A stretch of DNA of 64,000 bases. Origin: the human T2T-CHM13v2.0 reference genome, Homo sapiens. Position numbers and translations under genes: made by a program. Location: assembly GCF_009914755.1 (NCBI RefSeq), contig NC_060932.1; one strand, 5' to 3'. Shown piece after piece: positions 13,270 to 35,578 of the stretch (position 1 is its first letter; each line of letters opens with the position of its first letter). Below the pieces are notes generated by a model, which did not search any database, had not been told where the DNA came from, and saw only the letters and a program-made list of their open reading frames with translations.

Positions 13270-15345
13270 ATTTAGCATTAACTGAAGCCCCTGCTTTAGC
13301 CCTCCCTAATATCTCCATAAAAGCCAAGGAGTTGCTAAAGACGTGCTTACTCAGACTTTAAGACCCTAAAGCCGCCCAGTGGCCTATTTGTCTAAGAGGC
13401 TAGATCCTGTGGCCTCTAGATGGCCAAGTTGTCTTCGAGCCTTAGCGGCTACAGCAAGCCTGGCCCAAGAAGATGATAAGTTAACTCTAAGCCAAAATTT
13501 AACCCTTACAGCTCCTCACGCCGTAAAGACCTTACTACAAAATGCTTCTGGCAAATAGATGTCAAATGCTCGCATCTTGCGGTATCAAAGTTTACTGTTA
13601 GATCAGCCTCGTTTGACTTTCTCTCCCACAAAGTGTTTCAATCCAGCTACACTACTTCCTGACTCAGACTCCACTATTCCTGCTCATGACTGTCAAGAAC
13701 TGTTAGAAACTATCGAAACTGGCCTATCTGATCTTCAAGCTGTGCCCCTAGAAAAGGCAGATGCCGCCGTGTTCACAGACGGTAGCAGCTTCCTCAAGCA
13801 GGAAATATGAAGAGCCAGTGCAGCTGTTACCACGGAGACACATTTGTTGTAAGCTCAAGCTTTACCAGCGAACACCTCAGCACAAAAGGCTGAATTGATC
13901 GCCCTCACTCAGGCTCTCCAATAAAGTAAGAATAAACTTATTAACATTTACACTGACAGCAAGTACGCCTTTGCTGCTGTGCATGTACATAAAGCCATCT
14001 ACCAGGAAAGCAGGCTACTCACCTCAGCAGGTAGCTGTGATCCACCGCAAAGGACATCAAAAAGAAAACACGGCCGTGGCCCATAGTAACCAGAAAGCTG
14101 ATTCAGCAGCTCAGGTCGCAGCAAGACTTTCAGTCACGCCTCTAAACTTGCTGCCCACAGTCTCCTTTCCACAGCCAGATCTGCCTGACAATCCCGTATA
14201 CTCAACAACAACAACAACTGGCTTCGGATCTCAGAGCCAATAAAAATCAGGAAAGTTAGTAGATTCTTCCTGACTCTAGAATCTTCATACCCTGAACTCT
14301 TAAACAAACTTTAACCAGTTACGTACAGTCTATCACCCATTTAAGAAGAGCAAAGCTACCTCAGCTCCTCCAGAGCCATTTTAAGATCCCCAGTCTTCAA
14401 AGCCTAAAGATTAAGCAGCTCTCCAGTGCACAACCTGAGCCCAAGTAAATGCCAAACAAAGTCCTAAACCCAGCCCAGGCCACTGTCTCTGGAAAAAGTC
14501 GCCAAGAAAAAAGTAAGAAATTGACTTTACAGAAGTCAAACCACACCAGGCTAAGTACAAATACCTTCTAGTACTAGTAGACACCTTCTCCAGATAGACT
14601 AAGGCATTTGCTACCGAAAACGAAACCACCAACATAGTAGTTAAGTTTTTACTCAATGAAATCATCCCTCAATATAGGCTGCCTGCTGCCATAAAGTCTG
14701 ATAATAGAGCAGCCTTCACCTCGCCTATAGCTCAGTCAGTCAGTAAGGCGTTAAACATTCAACAGAAGCTCCATTGTGCCTATCAACCCCAGAGCTCCAG
14801 GCAAGTAGAACGCATGAACCACACCCTAAAAAACACTCTTATAAAATTAATCTTAAAAAAACAGTGTAAATTAAGTAAGTCTCCTTCCTTTAGCCCTACT
14901 TAAATTAAGGTGCACCTCTTACCAGGCTAATTTCTCACCTTTTGAAATTATGTATAATAGGGCACCGCCTATCTTGCCTAAGCTAAGAGATGCCAAATTA
15001 GCAGAAATATCACAAACTAATTTATTACAGTACCTATAGTCTCTCCAACACGTACAAGATATTATCCTGCCACTTGTTCCAGGAGCCCATCCCAATCCAA
15101 TTCCTGACCAAAGTCCTGCCATTCGTTCCAGCCAGGAGACCTAGTGTTGTTAAAAAGTTCCAAAAAGAAAGACTCACTCCTGCTTAGAAAAGACCTCACA
15201 ACGTCATCTTCACGACTCCAATGGCTCTGAAAGTAGATGGCATTCCTGCTTACATTCATCACTCCCGCATCAAAAAGGCCAACAGAGTCCAACTAAAAAC
15301 ATAAGTCCCCAAGCCTAAGTCAGGACCCTTAAAACTGCACCTAAG
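13270..15345 (+). pseudogene. pol: HERV-T pol remnant (connection, RNase H, integrase)
   Basis: [68 protein letters not shown]. Confidence 0.88.
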
Positions 15346-16390
15346 TCAGGTGAAGCCATTAGATTCATTCTTTTTATCTACCTCACTCACTTGTTTTTGC
15401 CCATTACATCCTCTGTGCCTTCCTACTCCTTTCTCCTCACCTCTTTCACAACAGGACTTGTACTTGCAAACACCACTTAGAAGGCCAGTACCTCCAAGGA
15501 AGTGTCCTTTGCAGTTGACTTATTTGTACTCTTCCCAAAGCCAGCCCATACCCACGAAAAGCAACACAATCTGCCAGTTCCAGGAGCAGGAAGTGTCGAC
15601 TTTGCAGCAAGACTCAGACACTCCAAGAGCCAAACTAAGTGTAGAAGCTCCAAAAGTGCAGAAAAAAGACTCCAAAATATTTACTTTTACCTCTGTCCTA
15701 GAAATCACCCTGATGCTAGCTGTCAAGATACTTATCAGTTTTCCTGTCTTGATTAGACATGTGTAACTTTAGCCACCTGCTCTAAAAGATCAACCAGATC
15801 TTCAACTCTTTCCATAAGTCCTGCTTCTCATCCTAAATTATATACTAGAAGAAATTGTAATCCTCTTACTATAACTGTCCATGACCTTAATTCAACACAA
15901 CAGTATCATGGCATGTCATGAAGATTAAGATTTTATATCCCAGGATTTAATGTTAAGTCTATGTTCACCATCCAAAAAAAAACTAGTCTCATAAAGCCCA
16001 CCCAAGCCAATCAGGCCTTTAACTGATCTAAGTAACCCTATGTTCCAGAAACACCCTGAGAAAGTTGATTCAACTGTTCCTCCACCATTCTTAGGCATAA
16101 AAGATACACTCCAGAAAGTGCAAGAAAATCTAGATAAGCGCCAACAAGAACAAGAAAATAACATCCCCTAGTATCAAAGCATGTTCAACTAGAACCCAGA
16201 GCTAACTATTCTAATTACTAAGTTAGCCAGACCCCCTCCCCATCCTACTATTAAGTTTAATTTTTGGACCTTGTATATTAAATTAGTTTATTAATTTTGT
16301 AAAACAACGTATACCTTCTGTCAAACTTATGTATCTTAAGACTCAAAATAACCCCCTCGTTATAACTGAAGAATCAACGATTTGATTCCC
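15345..16390 (+). pseudogene. env: HERV-T env remnant (SU N-terminus joined to TM C-terminus)
   Basis: KEVSFAVDLFVLFP, FYLCP, then TM-like *YQSMFN*NP and IFGPCILN. Confidence 0.75.
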
Positions 16391-16409
16391 CAAAAATACA
16401 AGTGAGGAA

Positions 16410-16961
16410 TGTAATGCCCAACCTTGTTTTTACTAACCCTGTTCTTAGACTCTCCCTTTCTTTTAATCACCTAGCCTTGTTTCCACCTGAATTGACTCTC
16501 CCTTAGCTAAGAGAGGCAGACAGACTCCATCTTGGCTCTTTCACTGACAGCCCCTTCCTCAAGGACTTAACTTGTGCAAGCTGACGCCGAGCACATCGAA
16601 GAATGCAATTAACTGATAAGATACTGTGGTGAGCAATATCCGCAGTTCCCAGGAATTCGTCCAATTGATAACGCCCAAAGCCCCGCGTCTATCACCTCAT
16701 AATAGTCTTAAAGCCCCTAGACCTAGAGCTGTTTACTTTCCTGCAACAATTTATCCTTTTAACTTTTTTGCCTACTTCTGTAAAATTGTTTTAACTAGAC
16801 CCCCCTCCCCTTTCTAAACGAAAGTATAAAAGAAAATCTAGCCCCTTCTTCGAGGCCGAGAGAACTTTAAACGTTAGCCATTTCTTAGCCGCCGGCTAAA
16901 TGAACAGACTCTTAATTCGTCTTAAAGTGTGGCATTTTCTCTAGCTCGTTCAAGTACAACA
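16410..16961 (+). repeat. LTR6-type 3' LTR
   Basis: TGTAATGCCCAACC...AAGTACAACA with TG...CA ends, after a purine-rich tract; TATAAAA near 16825. Confidence 0.9.
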
Positions 16962-17218
16962 CATCCAGCAGGCACGTAATCCACTCTAAAATGCCATCCT
17001 GGGGTAGTGAAGATGATGATGCTGGAAATATCCTTAAATGGCATATGGATGAGTACCCCCAGAGGCATACATGTTGAGCTAAGTACTTTGCTGATGAAGG
17101 GTACAAGTTGAAGGGGTTTTGAAAGGCAGAGTGAGGTTCTTCAGAAGGCTGTTGCTACAGAAAGACAGGAGGAGAAATTACATGGCCAGATAGAGTGGCA
17201 TGACCATTGGATAAGGGC

Positions 17219-17520
<302 letters not shown>

Positions 17521-18494
17521 GGATGAGGGTCTTTAGCAAAGATGGAAGTTTTGGTACCTTGCAGTTTAGTCTCTTCATTTATGTCCTCCTGAAATCTTCA
17601 GGAATTGCACTATTTTGTCAATACTTCTGGGGTCATACTTAGGGGGACTTAAAGGAGATGTGATGTGGCAGCCTTTGACTTAAGGGAGTATCATACTAGC
17701 TCAAAGAGATCTGGGTACATGCCAGTTGAACCAACTCTTCTGAGGATGTGATAGATCCTGGGAGGCCACTCTGATCCTGCCAACGTTGAGGCCAGATGAG
17801 TCTTTGAAAAACATGGTTTGGCTTAACACCAGCACTTACTCTAACACCCACCATGAATCTTGCTGAACTGAAGCTATACAAATACCTTTTCAAAAGATTT
17901 TTTTTCATTCCAGATCCTTCTTAGAAATTCCTAAGGCTCAATGCTTTGTGGAAGATTCTGAGAAAGAAAATAGTTTCCGATCTTTGGGATTCCCGAGATG
18001 GTCCAATCTGCAAAAAGTTCATTGCCATTTCCATCAAGGACACTGAGAACAAGAGTCTTATCTGGATTGGATCCTGGGAATTGAGAAGCTTCAGCAGGTG
18101 GGAAATGCACCCTCCACAGGCTCACACCCTTGTGGGCTGTTTCAGTTACCTATTGCACCTAAAATTAGAAACTTTAAACCACCAGAAGCCATTATTGCTC
18201 ATGACCCTGTGAGTTGCATGGGGACTTCCTGGCTGGTTTAACCTGGGCTCATTTGTGTGGCTACCTGCAGCTGGAGGGCCAGCTGGGCGGAGCATCCAGG
18301 ACGGCCTCATGCATGTGCCTGGCAGTTGGTGCTGGTTGTCAGCCGGGGAACCTTGTTTTCCTCCATGTGGCCCCTAGCCCTCCAGAACCCCTCTCCAAAT
18401 GTCCCTTTAAGCAGGATAGCCAAGGTTTGCTTGGTGCCAGCATCCAAGAGGGCAAAAATATGGAAACTACGAGAGGGCTCTCAAGGCCTAAGAC

Positions 18495-19270
<776 letters not shown>

Positions 19271-19435
19271 GCTAGAAGTTGGTCACCATCAATTTGACAG
19301 CATTCCACTGACCAAAGCAAGTCATAGGCAGCCCAGATTCATGTAGAGGAGTATAAATTTTCCCTCTTTAAGGAAAGATTGGTTCAATTATACTGCACGA
19401 ACATTTGCAGAAAGTTGTACCCATCTTTGGAAACC

Positions 19436-19436
19436 A

Positions 19437-19477
<41 letters not shown>
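19436..19477. repeat. (CA)n microsatellite
   Basis: About 20 CA units read directly. Confidence 0.97.
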
Positions 19478-19480
<3 letters not shown>

Positions 19481-19763
19481 CTTTACATGCAACCCTCCCT
19501 TGAGGTGCATCTACTTCCAGGCAGAACCAAAACTTGACAGTACTCGACAGAAGAAAAGTAGCGTCCTAAATGCCAGTTCTCTTCTTACTCAACTTCAGCC
19601 TCATTATAAGCAGATTCTAACAGTTTATGTGTCTTGAGAAACATTTTAATTAATCTTTGGAATTTAAGAATTTCAATTCATAGCAGTAGCCTATGCATAG
19701 GAAATATGCATATTGTAAGTTTTTCCTTTCTGATAAATCACGCTGGGGGAACGACAATGTAAC

Positions 19764-20012
19764 TTTTTTTTTTTTTTTTTGAGGAGTCTCACTCTGTTGC
19801 CCAGGCTGGAGGGCAGTGGCATGATCTCAGCTCATGCAACCTCCCCTTCCCTGGTTCAAGCAATTCTCCTGCCTCAGCCTCCTGAGTAGCTGGGATTACA
19901 GGTGCACAAGACGGGGTTTCACCATGTTGGTCAGGTTGGTCTCGAACTCCTGACCTCTGATCTGCCCACCTCAGCCTCTCAAAGTGCTGGGATTATAGGC
20001 GTGAGCCACCGG
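19764..20012 (-). repeat. Alu with internal deletion
   Basis: Alu consensus lacking the central linker. Confidence 0.85.
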
Positions 20013-20329
20013 CTCACGTATACTGTGACAGTATATTGAAAGTTTCTCTTTTTTTCAAATAATTAACAGGTTTAACAGAATGTATCTCCTGATCTATTCC
20101 TTTCACTGCAGACATCTATTGCCTTTTCAGCCTAGCAGCCCTCCCCTCTATAGAGAGTCACACTTCCTACTCCAGTCATGTGGATCTCATGGGGGCTGCC
20201 ATGTTCTCAAATGACTCCACCTCCCTGGCCTCAGTTGATTGGTCCAGGGATGAGCATCTGGCCTAAATTGGCCAATCAGAATTCTTCCCTTGAATATTTT
20301 TCCAAACTGGAACTAGACCAAGTTAATCA

Positions 20330-20961
<632 letters not shown>

Positions 20962-21622
20962 CTATAAATGCTTCAATATCTTTGCCCCCTGGATGGAACA
21001 ACTTTGAAATGTATTCCACATCACCTCTCAGAGGTCCCCAGTGGGGTCAAATCCTAGTTGCCTAGAGTGGTAAGCTGCTCATTGAAGCCCCCTGTGTGGC
21101 CTCCTACCTTTCCATGAATCAATTCCTCACTCCCCTATTGGTGTCCCCTGGAATCATCTCCTAAATAATCCACTTGCAATCCTGTCCCTCTTTCAGGATC
21201 TGCTTGGGGTTGGGGTTGGGGAGTGCAGAGAAAAACATGATCCCTTTTCCACTCCACACTAGTAAGATGAGTTTCTGTCACTGACAACCAAGAGTTCTCA
21301 CTATTACCTCCTTCTGAGATAATTCCTAAAATGTATTTGGGAATTTCCCCACCTCCACCCCACTGCATATGTCATCAATATGTAGATTTCTTAACAAAGT
21401 TTAATGGTATTCTTTGATCAACCTCAAGTTTCACAAAACACACTGCACTTTCATAAGGGCTCCCCAGGACTGACAGATCAGCCGTTCAAAAGAAGGGAAG
21501 TGTCAGAGATGGCTCTCCTGGACTCGCGTATTTTTCAGTAGAATCTGGGTCAGGATGTTGTGGTCGGGAGATGCTTCTGGATCTCTGGGACCCACAAGCC
21601 TGCGTGTCATGGTGGAGTATTA

Positions 21623-21934
<312 letters not shown>

Positions 21935-22221
21935 TGGATTTATTCCTTCCAAACTGAAACTCACCAAAAGAAGACCAACACGCATGACAATGTTGTGGCC
22001 ATAATCACCACAGTGACAATAATAAATATAATCAACTCTCGAGCCAGCCACCTCCACTAAACCTAGTGGATCACATCTAGTGTTTCACTTTGGGGATATT
22101 TTAGTGGTCATCGTAGATTGTCGCCTGACTGCTGGCTGTTTCTACCATGTTTCAGGAATATAGAGATGTGTACAGATGGCCCCTAAAATTAATTAGTATG
22201 CAATTCTCAAAGAGCCAAACT

Positions 22222-22260
22222 GTACCCCAAAAGCTACTGGAATGAAAAAAAAAAAGTTTT
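22222..22260 (+). mobile_element. Tiny poly-A-tailed retro-insertion (probable L1 3' tip) with a 20-bp TSD
   Basis: AATTCTCAAAGAG(C/A)CAAACT at 22202-22221 and 22261-22280 flanks GTACCCCAAAAGCTACTGGAATG-A11. Confidence 0.65.
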
Positions 22261-23629
22261 AATTCTCAAAGAGACAAACTAGATAGTAGAAGCATTTATG
22301 TTCCCTTGGAGAATCTTCCCACCAAGGACTCAAAGTTGTCTCCAGACCAGGGAATGCCTGGGGCCTTGGACTTTCCCAATTCTGGTATCACCTCCCATTC
22401 TCCTTTAGGTCCAGCTTTCTCAGAGGGGCATGCATTGTTCATTGCCACCAAGGGTATCCAAGGACAGAAACTGAAGATAATAGTGCCTTATTGTCTCTCA
22501 GTCATCTTTCTCTCCCACATGCTGGAAAGAGAGCCAAGTCCAATTTATCCAATTACAAAATAGCAACATTGGCATCATGAGATCAGCTAACAAAACTTTC
22601 AGAGGCAATCTATCTTCCTACCAAAAGTAACCAGCATCTGTGGAGCACTGACCATGACTAAGGGTCAACATAAGTGGTTTGCATGCTACATGCATCAGGA
22701 TGGACTAGGTTATGCTGCAGTAACAAATTAACCCCAGAGTCTCAGCAGCTTAGCAACCAAGGTTGATTTCTTACATTCCATGTCCACAATGGGTTGGCTG
22801 GGTATGGTGTGCTCCATATGGCCACTCAAAGACCTAGAATGATGGAAATTCTACCATCTTAATGTAAGGATTCTCCCCTAGTTACTGCACCAGGAGATGA
22901 GAGAATGAGATAGTTATTTCCAAGCCCTCAAAAGCTGTAGACTAGAGGTGATGTCAGTGACTTCCACTTATAGAGCATTGGACCCTGGCATGGATCCATC
23001 TAACTACGGGGGTCTGGGGAATACAGGGAGCAGATGGAAATCCCATGAGCAGTAACCATTCCTGCCAGCATGCATTATTTCATCTGAACCTCACAACCCT
23101 ATGGAATATATAACAGAGGCTTGGAGAGTTATGGGACCTGCCCCAAGGCATCATAGATAATGAGTTGCAGAGCTGAGATATGACCTTCGGCCTCCTCACC
23201 CACCTCCTCACCCACCCCCACCCCCACCGAAAGAATCAAACTACGCAAATAACTGGAATGAAATTCTCAGGCAATTTCAGCAGGGGAAATGGGGTTATCT
23301 CATCTGGGTCTCACATCCGACCTCGTCAAGACAAGACCTTCCCTACACTTCACCTGAACACCTGGACACACTGTCATGTCTTGCCAGTTCTTGTTACTGG
23401 AGATCCAATGATGATGTCTTTATACAATTTATAGGTCTTTCTATAAGTGTCAAGATAAATGTCATCTCTGTACCTGCCTATCTTTCAGAGGTAGGCAAGC
23501 TTCTATGTAAAGTGCTAGATAGTAAATATTATAAACTTTTCAGGACTCATCTGATCTCCATCCTATATATTTTTTTGTTTTTATTTTTGTTTTACAAATT
23601 TTTTTTTTCTTTTTAGATAGGGTCTAAAA

Positions 23630-23965
23630 AGAAAATAAAACTTATCCATGTTGTGATATGGATGAACGTTAGGGTTAGTGAAAGAAGCAGACATGAAAGG
23701 TCATATATTGTAGAATTCCATTTATATGCAATGTTCAGACTAAGCCAATCGACAGAGATAGAAAGTAGATGAGAGGTTTCCAACGGCTGCAGGAGGGAGT
23801 ATGCAGAGTGACTGCTGAATGGATATGAGGCTTCCAACTGAGGTGTTGAAAAAGCCCTGAAACTAGGTAGTGGTGATAATTGCACAACATGATAGATGTA
23901 CAAAATGTCCCTGAATTGTACACTTTCAGATGCACAAAATGATAAATGTTGCATATATTATACCA
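23630..23965 (+). repeat. Old L1M 3' UTR fragment
   Basis: ATTCCATTTATATG...AGAAAGTAGAT...GTGGTGATAATTGCACAACAT...TGTACACTTT. Confidence 0.7.
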
Positions 23966-23974
23966 CAATTTTAT

Positions 23975-25202
<1,228 letters not shown>

Positions 25203-25490
25203 TGATTTTTTACTGTGGTAAAATACATACAAAATCTATTATTTTAGCCATTTTCAAAGGAAAAATTCAGTGGTATTAAGTGCATCCCCCACATTGTACA
25301 GCCATGTCCCCCATCCATCTCCAGAACGCTTTCATACTGTCCTGCAAATATGCAGCACCTTGCTACACTCCAGGTTGTTTGTCCCACAACAGAGCTGGGC
25401 TGAATTACTAATGCGGACTTTGTTTAACAACGGACTAAAGAGGGAGAAGCCCATGAACACTGTGAGGAGTGCATGACAGGTGCTTGTGGG

Positions 25491-25736
25491 ATGACATGAC
25501 TCGGCGCCCTCCAGCTGCTGCTGCCACCGCCTGTCCTGCTGGGCGGCCACCCCCTCGCAGGGAAGAAGAACACTCACAACTGCTGCTGATCTCCTTCCAG
25601 GGCTTCCGCTGGGACTAGGATCAGGATGTGAACACCCCCAACCTGGACCATCTGGCCAGGGAGGGCGTCAAGGCCAAGTACCTCATGCCGCCCCTTGTGA
25701 CAATGACCTCCCCGTCCCACTTCACTGCCATCACAG
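25491..25736 (+). pseudogene. ENPP7-like (alkaline sphingomyelinase / NPP family) pseudogene, first coding exon; ENPP7P-type
   Basis: ATG at 25491 and signal-peptide-like MT*LGALQLLLPPPVLLGG, one frameshift, then LLLISFQGFRWD*DQDVNTPNLDHLAREGVKAKYLMPPLVTMTSPSHFTAITG, versus ENPP7 LLLVSFDGFRWNYDQDVDTPNLD...TMTSPCHFTLVTG; phase-1 splice donor AG|GTAAGC at 25736/25737. Confidence 0.9.
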
Positions 25737-25849
25737 GTAAGCGCCACTCTGCCCATTTCACCCGATGCCCATCAAATCCCCAGCGTCCGTCATTCCCTGT
25801 GATAAGAAGCAAAAGCTCGGTCAGCTCTAGGGAGGTTGAGGTTGCTCCG

Positions 25850-26460
<611 letters not shown>

Positions 26461-27155
26461 ATAAAAAGGTAAATAACTAAAATCACTTTTAAATAATTGT
26501 ATAAAAATAATAAAACACTGACATTTACAGAGCTCAGTTAGATGAGGTGACTCATACCTTCCAATGGTGTCTTGGTTCTCTTACATAAGAATTCAAATGT
26601 CTTTCTGTGGCCCAAAAGATCCCACACAGCCTGGCCCCTGGCCTATCTTCTGCCAGCCTCTCTCATCTCTCTCCCTCTCCTTCACTTCCTTCCGGATCAC
26701 AAAGGCCTTTGCCTGTGCCTTCTGCCCTGCTCCCTCAAGCCCCAGGGCCTTGGCCTGTGCTAGTCCAGTCCCTCCAGCTCACCAGGAGCATACAGTCCAG
26801 TCGGGGAGACAGACACCAGACACCCAAACAGGCACATACATCCTGTAACAACTCAGGAGGCATCAAGGAGGAAAACGAGTTTTCCAGGCACAGACTACAG
26901 GCGTAAACTGGTTTCAAACTAGAGAGGGAGAAAGGGGGTCTCTGAGCATGGGGCAGTTGAGCTGAAAGAGATCTCAGGGGACCAGAGGAAGGAAAAGTGT
27001 TCCAGGCGAGGGAAGAGCATGTGTGAGGTCTCTGAGACAAAGACCTGGTCATTTCAGAATCCCAATGGCCACTAAAATAGAGGGATTCCAACCTAAAAAG
27101 GAGGAAGAGGAGGCTGCTGGAAAGCAAAGGACTCTGTGTAAGAATCATAATAGCA

Positions 27156-32065
<4,910 letters not shown>

Positions 32066-32362
32066 CTTCGGCTGTTGACTCCAAATATCCTGCTTCATCA
32101 TCTCTCTACTCCAGAAACTTTTCACATGCTTACAAAGGGTGTTCGTTTCTCCTCTAAGTATTTGCTCCCCAGCCCCACCTGCAAGAAGGTGGAAGTAGGG
32201 CCTCTGCCTGGGATGGTAACTCTCAAATATAAGGCAAGACCTGTCTCTCCACCAGTATCCCCAGGACTGAAGGACTGTGAAAGTCTGCATATTGATCAAG
32301 CTTCTCCCTCCCTTATCTGAAGGGACTTACTTCCTTCAAGACACTTTTCCTCTTTCCACCTA

Positions 32363-32878
<516 letters not shown>

Positions 32879-33086
32879 TTAGCAGCTTAAAACATCCATC
32901 TATTACCTCTCCTTTCCTGTGGGTCAGGAGTCTGGGGGTGCAGTTTAGCTGGGCCCTCTGCTTAGGTACTTACAAGGTTGTGATCAAGGTGTTGGCTGGA
33001 ATTAGTGTCTCATATGAGGCTTGGGGTCTTCTCCCAACCTCACATGGTTGTTGGCAGAATTTATTTCCATGCAACTGTGGAACTCA

Positions 33087-33452
<366 letters not shown>

Positions 33453-33972
33453 TCATTGAAGATCTCACCTGAAGATGTCAGGCCCACCCTGAATAATCTC
33501 TCTTTTGATTAACTCAAAGTGAATGGATTAGGGGCTTAGTTACATCTGCAAAATCCCTTCAACTTTTCCATAGGTATAGATTAGAAGCAAGCCACGGGTC
33601 CTGCCTACACTCCAGGGGAGAGGAGATTACACCTGGCATTTATCCAGGGCAAGAACCTAAGGGGTCATCTCAGAATTCTGCCTTCCAAATAGATCCTCGG
33701 TGGAGCTCACGAGCCTGGGCGAGCACCAGCCTTTGTTTAAAGGCAACAGAGAATGATGCCCTGGCTCAGATCTCCAGCAAGCCTCCAGAATGATGGTCCA
33801 GTCTCTGAACCCTGGGCCAAGGCAGCAGGAGGTTTGGGTGCACATGGGGGCTTCCCCCACTTTGAAGTGAGTCGTCACATCTGTATTAGACCCTAGCTGT
33901 TGCTTAGGCAAAAATGATGATTTAGAAGAAGATGGAGAGAAGAGGAGAGTTAATTTAAAAGTACTTGTATTC

Positions 33973-34277
33973 GGCCGGACGTGGTGGTTCACGCCTGTAA
34001 TCCCAGCACTTTGGGAGGCTGAGGCAGGCGGATCACGAGGTCAGGAGATGGAGACCATCCTGGCTAACACGGCGAAACCTTGTCTCTATTAAAAATACAA
34101 AAAATTAGCTGGGCGTGGTGGCGGGTGCCTGTAGTCCCAGCTACTCAGGAGGCTGAGGCAGGAGAATGGCGTGAACCCAGGAGGCGGAGATTGCAGTGAG
34201 CCGAGATCGCGCCACTGCACTCCAGCCTGGGCAACAGAGCGAGACTCCGTCTCAAAAAAAGAAAAAAAAAAAGAAAG
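33973..34277 (+). repeat. Alu (Y-like, CpG-rich)
   Basis: GAGACCATCCTGGCTAACACGG and GAGAATGGCGTGAACCC diagnostics; TSD core AAAGTACTT. Confidence 0.9.
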
Positions 34278-34284
34278 TACTTAT

Positions 34285-35160
<876 letters not shown>

Positions 35161-35279
35161 AATACTATGTGGGCCACACATGCTGCTTCACATCTGTTAT
35201 CCCAGCACTTTCGGAGTTTGAAGCAGGAGGATCATTGCTCAGGGCATAGGGGACACCAGGTGCATAAGACCACAGCGTT

Positions 35280-35578
35280 GACTGGTGTGGGGGCTCACAC
35301 CTGTAAGTTTGGGAAGCTAAGGCAGGACGATCACTTGAGCCCAGGAGTTTGAGGCCAGCCTGGGTGACATAGTGAGATCTCATTTCTAAAGAAAAAAATA
35401 ATAATAATAATTAGCTGGGCATGGGGGTAGCGGCCTACAGTCCCAGCTACTCAGGAGGCTGAAGCAGGAGGGTCGCTTGAGTCCAGAAGATCAAGGCTGT
35501 GGCGAGCTGTGATTGCACCACTGCACTCCAGCCTGGGCAATAGAGCAAGCCCTGTCTCAAAAAAAAAAAAAAAAAAAA
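35280..35578 (+). repeat. Alu (J-like), preceded by a partial monomer at about 35170-35240
   Basis: Alu consensus and poly-A. Confidence 0.82.

Larger units (their letters stand above)
9653..16961 (+). mobile_element. Defective HERV-T (HERV-S71) provirus with LTR6, lacking pro/RT and most of env; hypermutated
   Basis: Paired LTRs, tRNA-Thr PBS, and gammaretroviral gag, RNase H, IN and env remnants. Confidence 0.9.
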
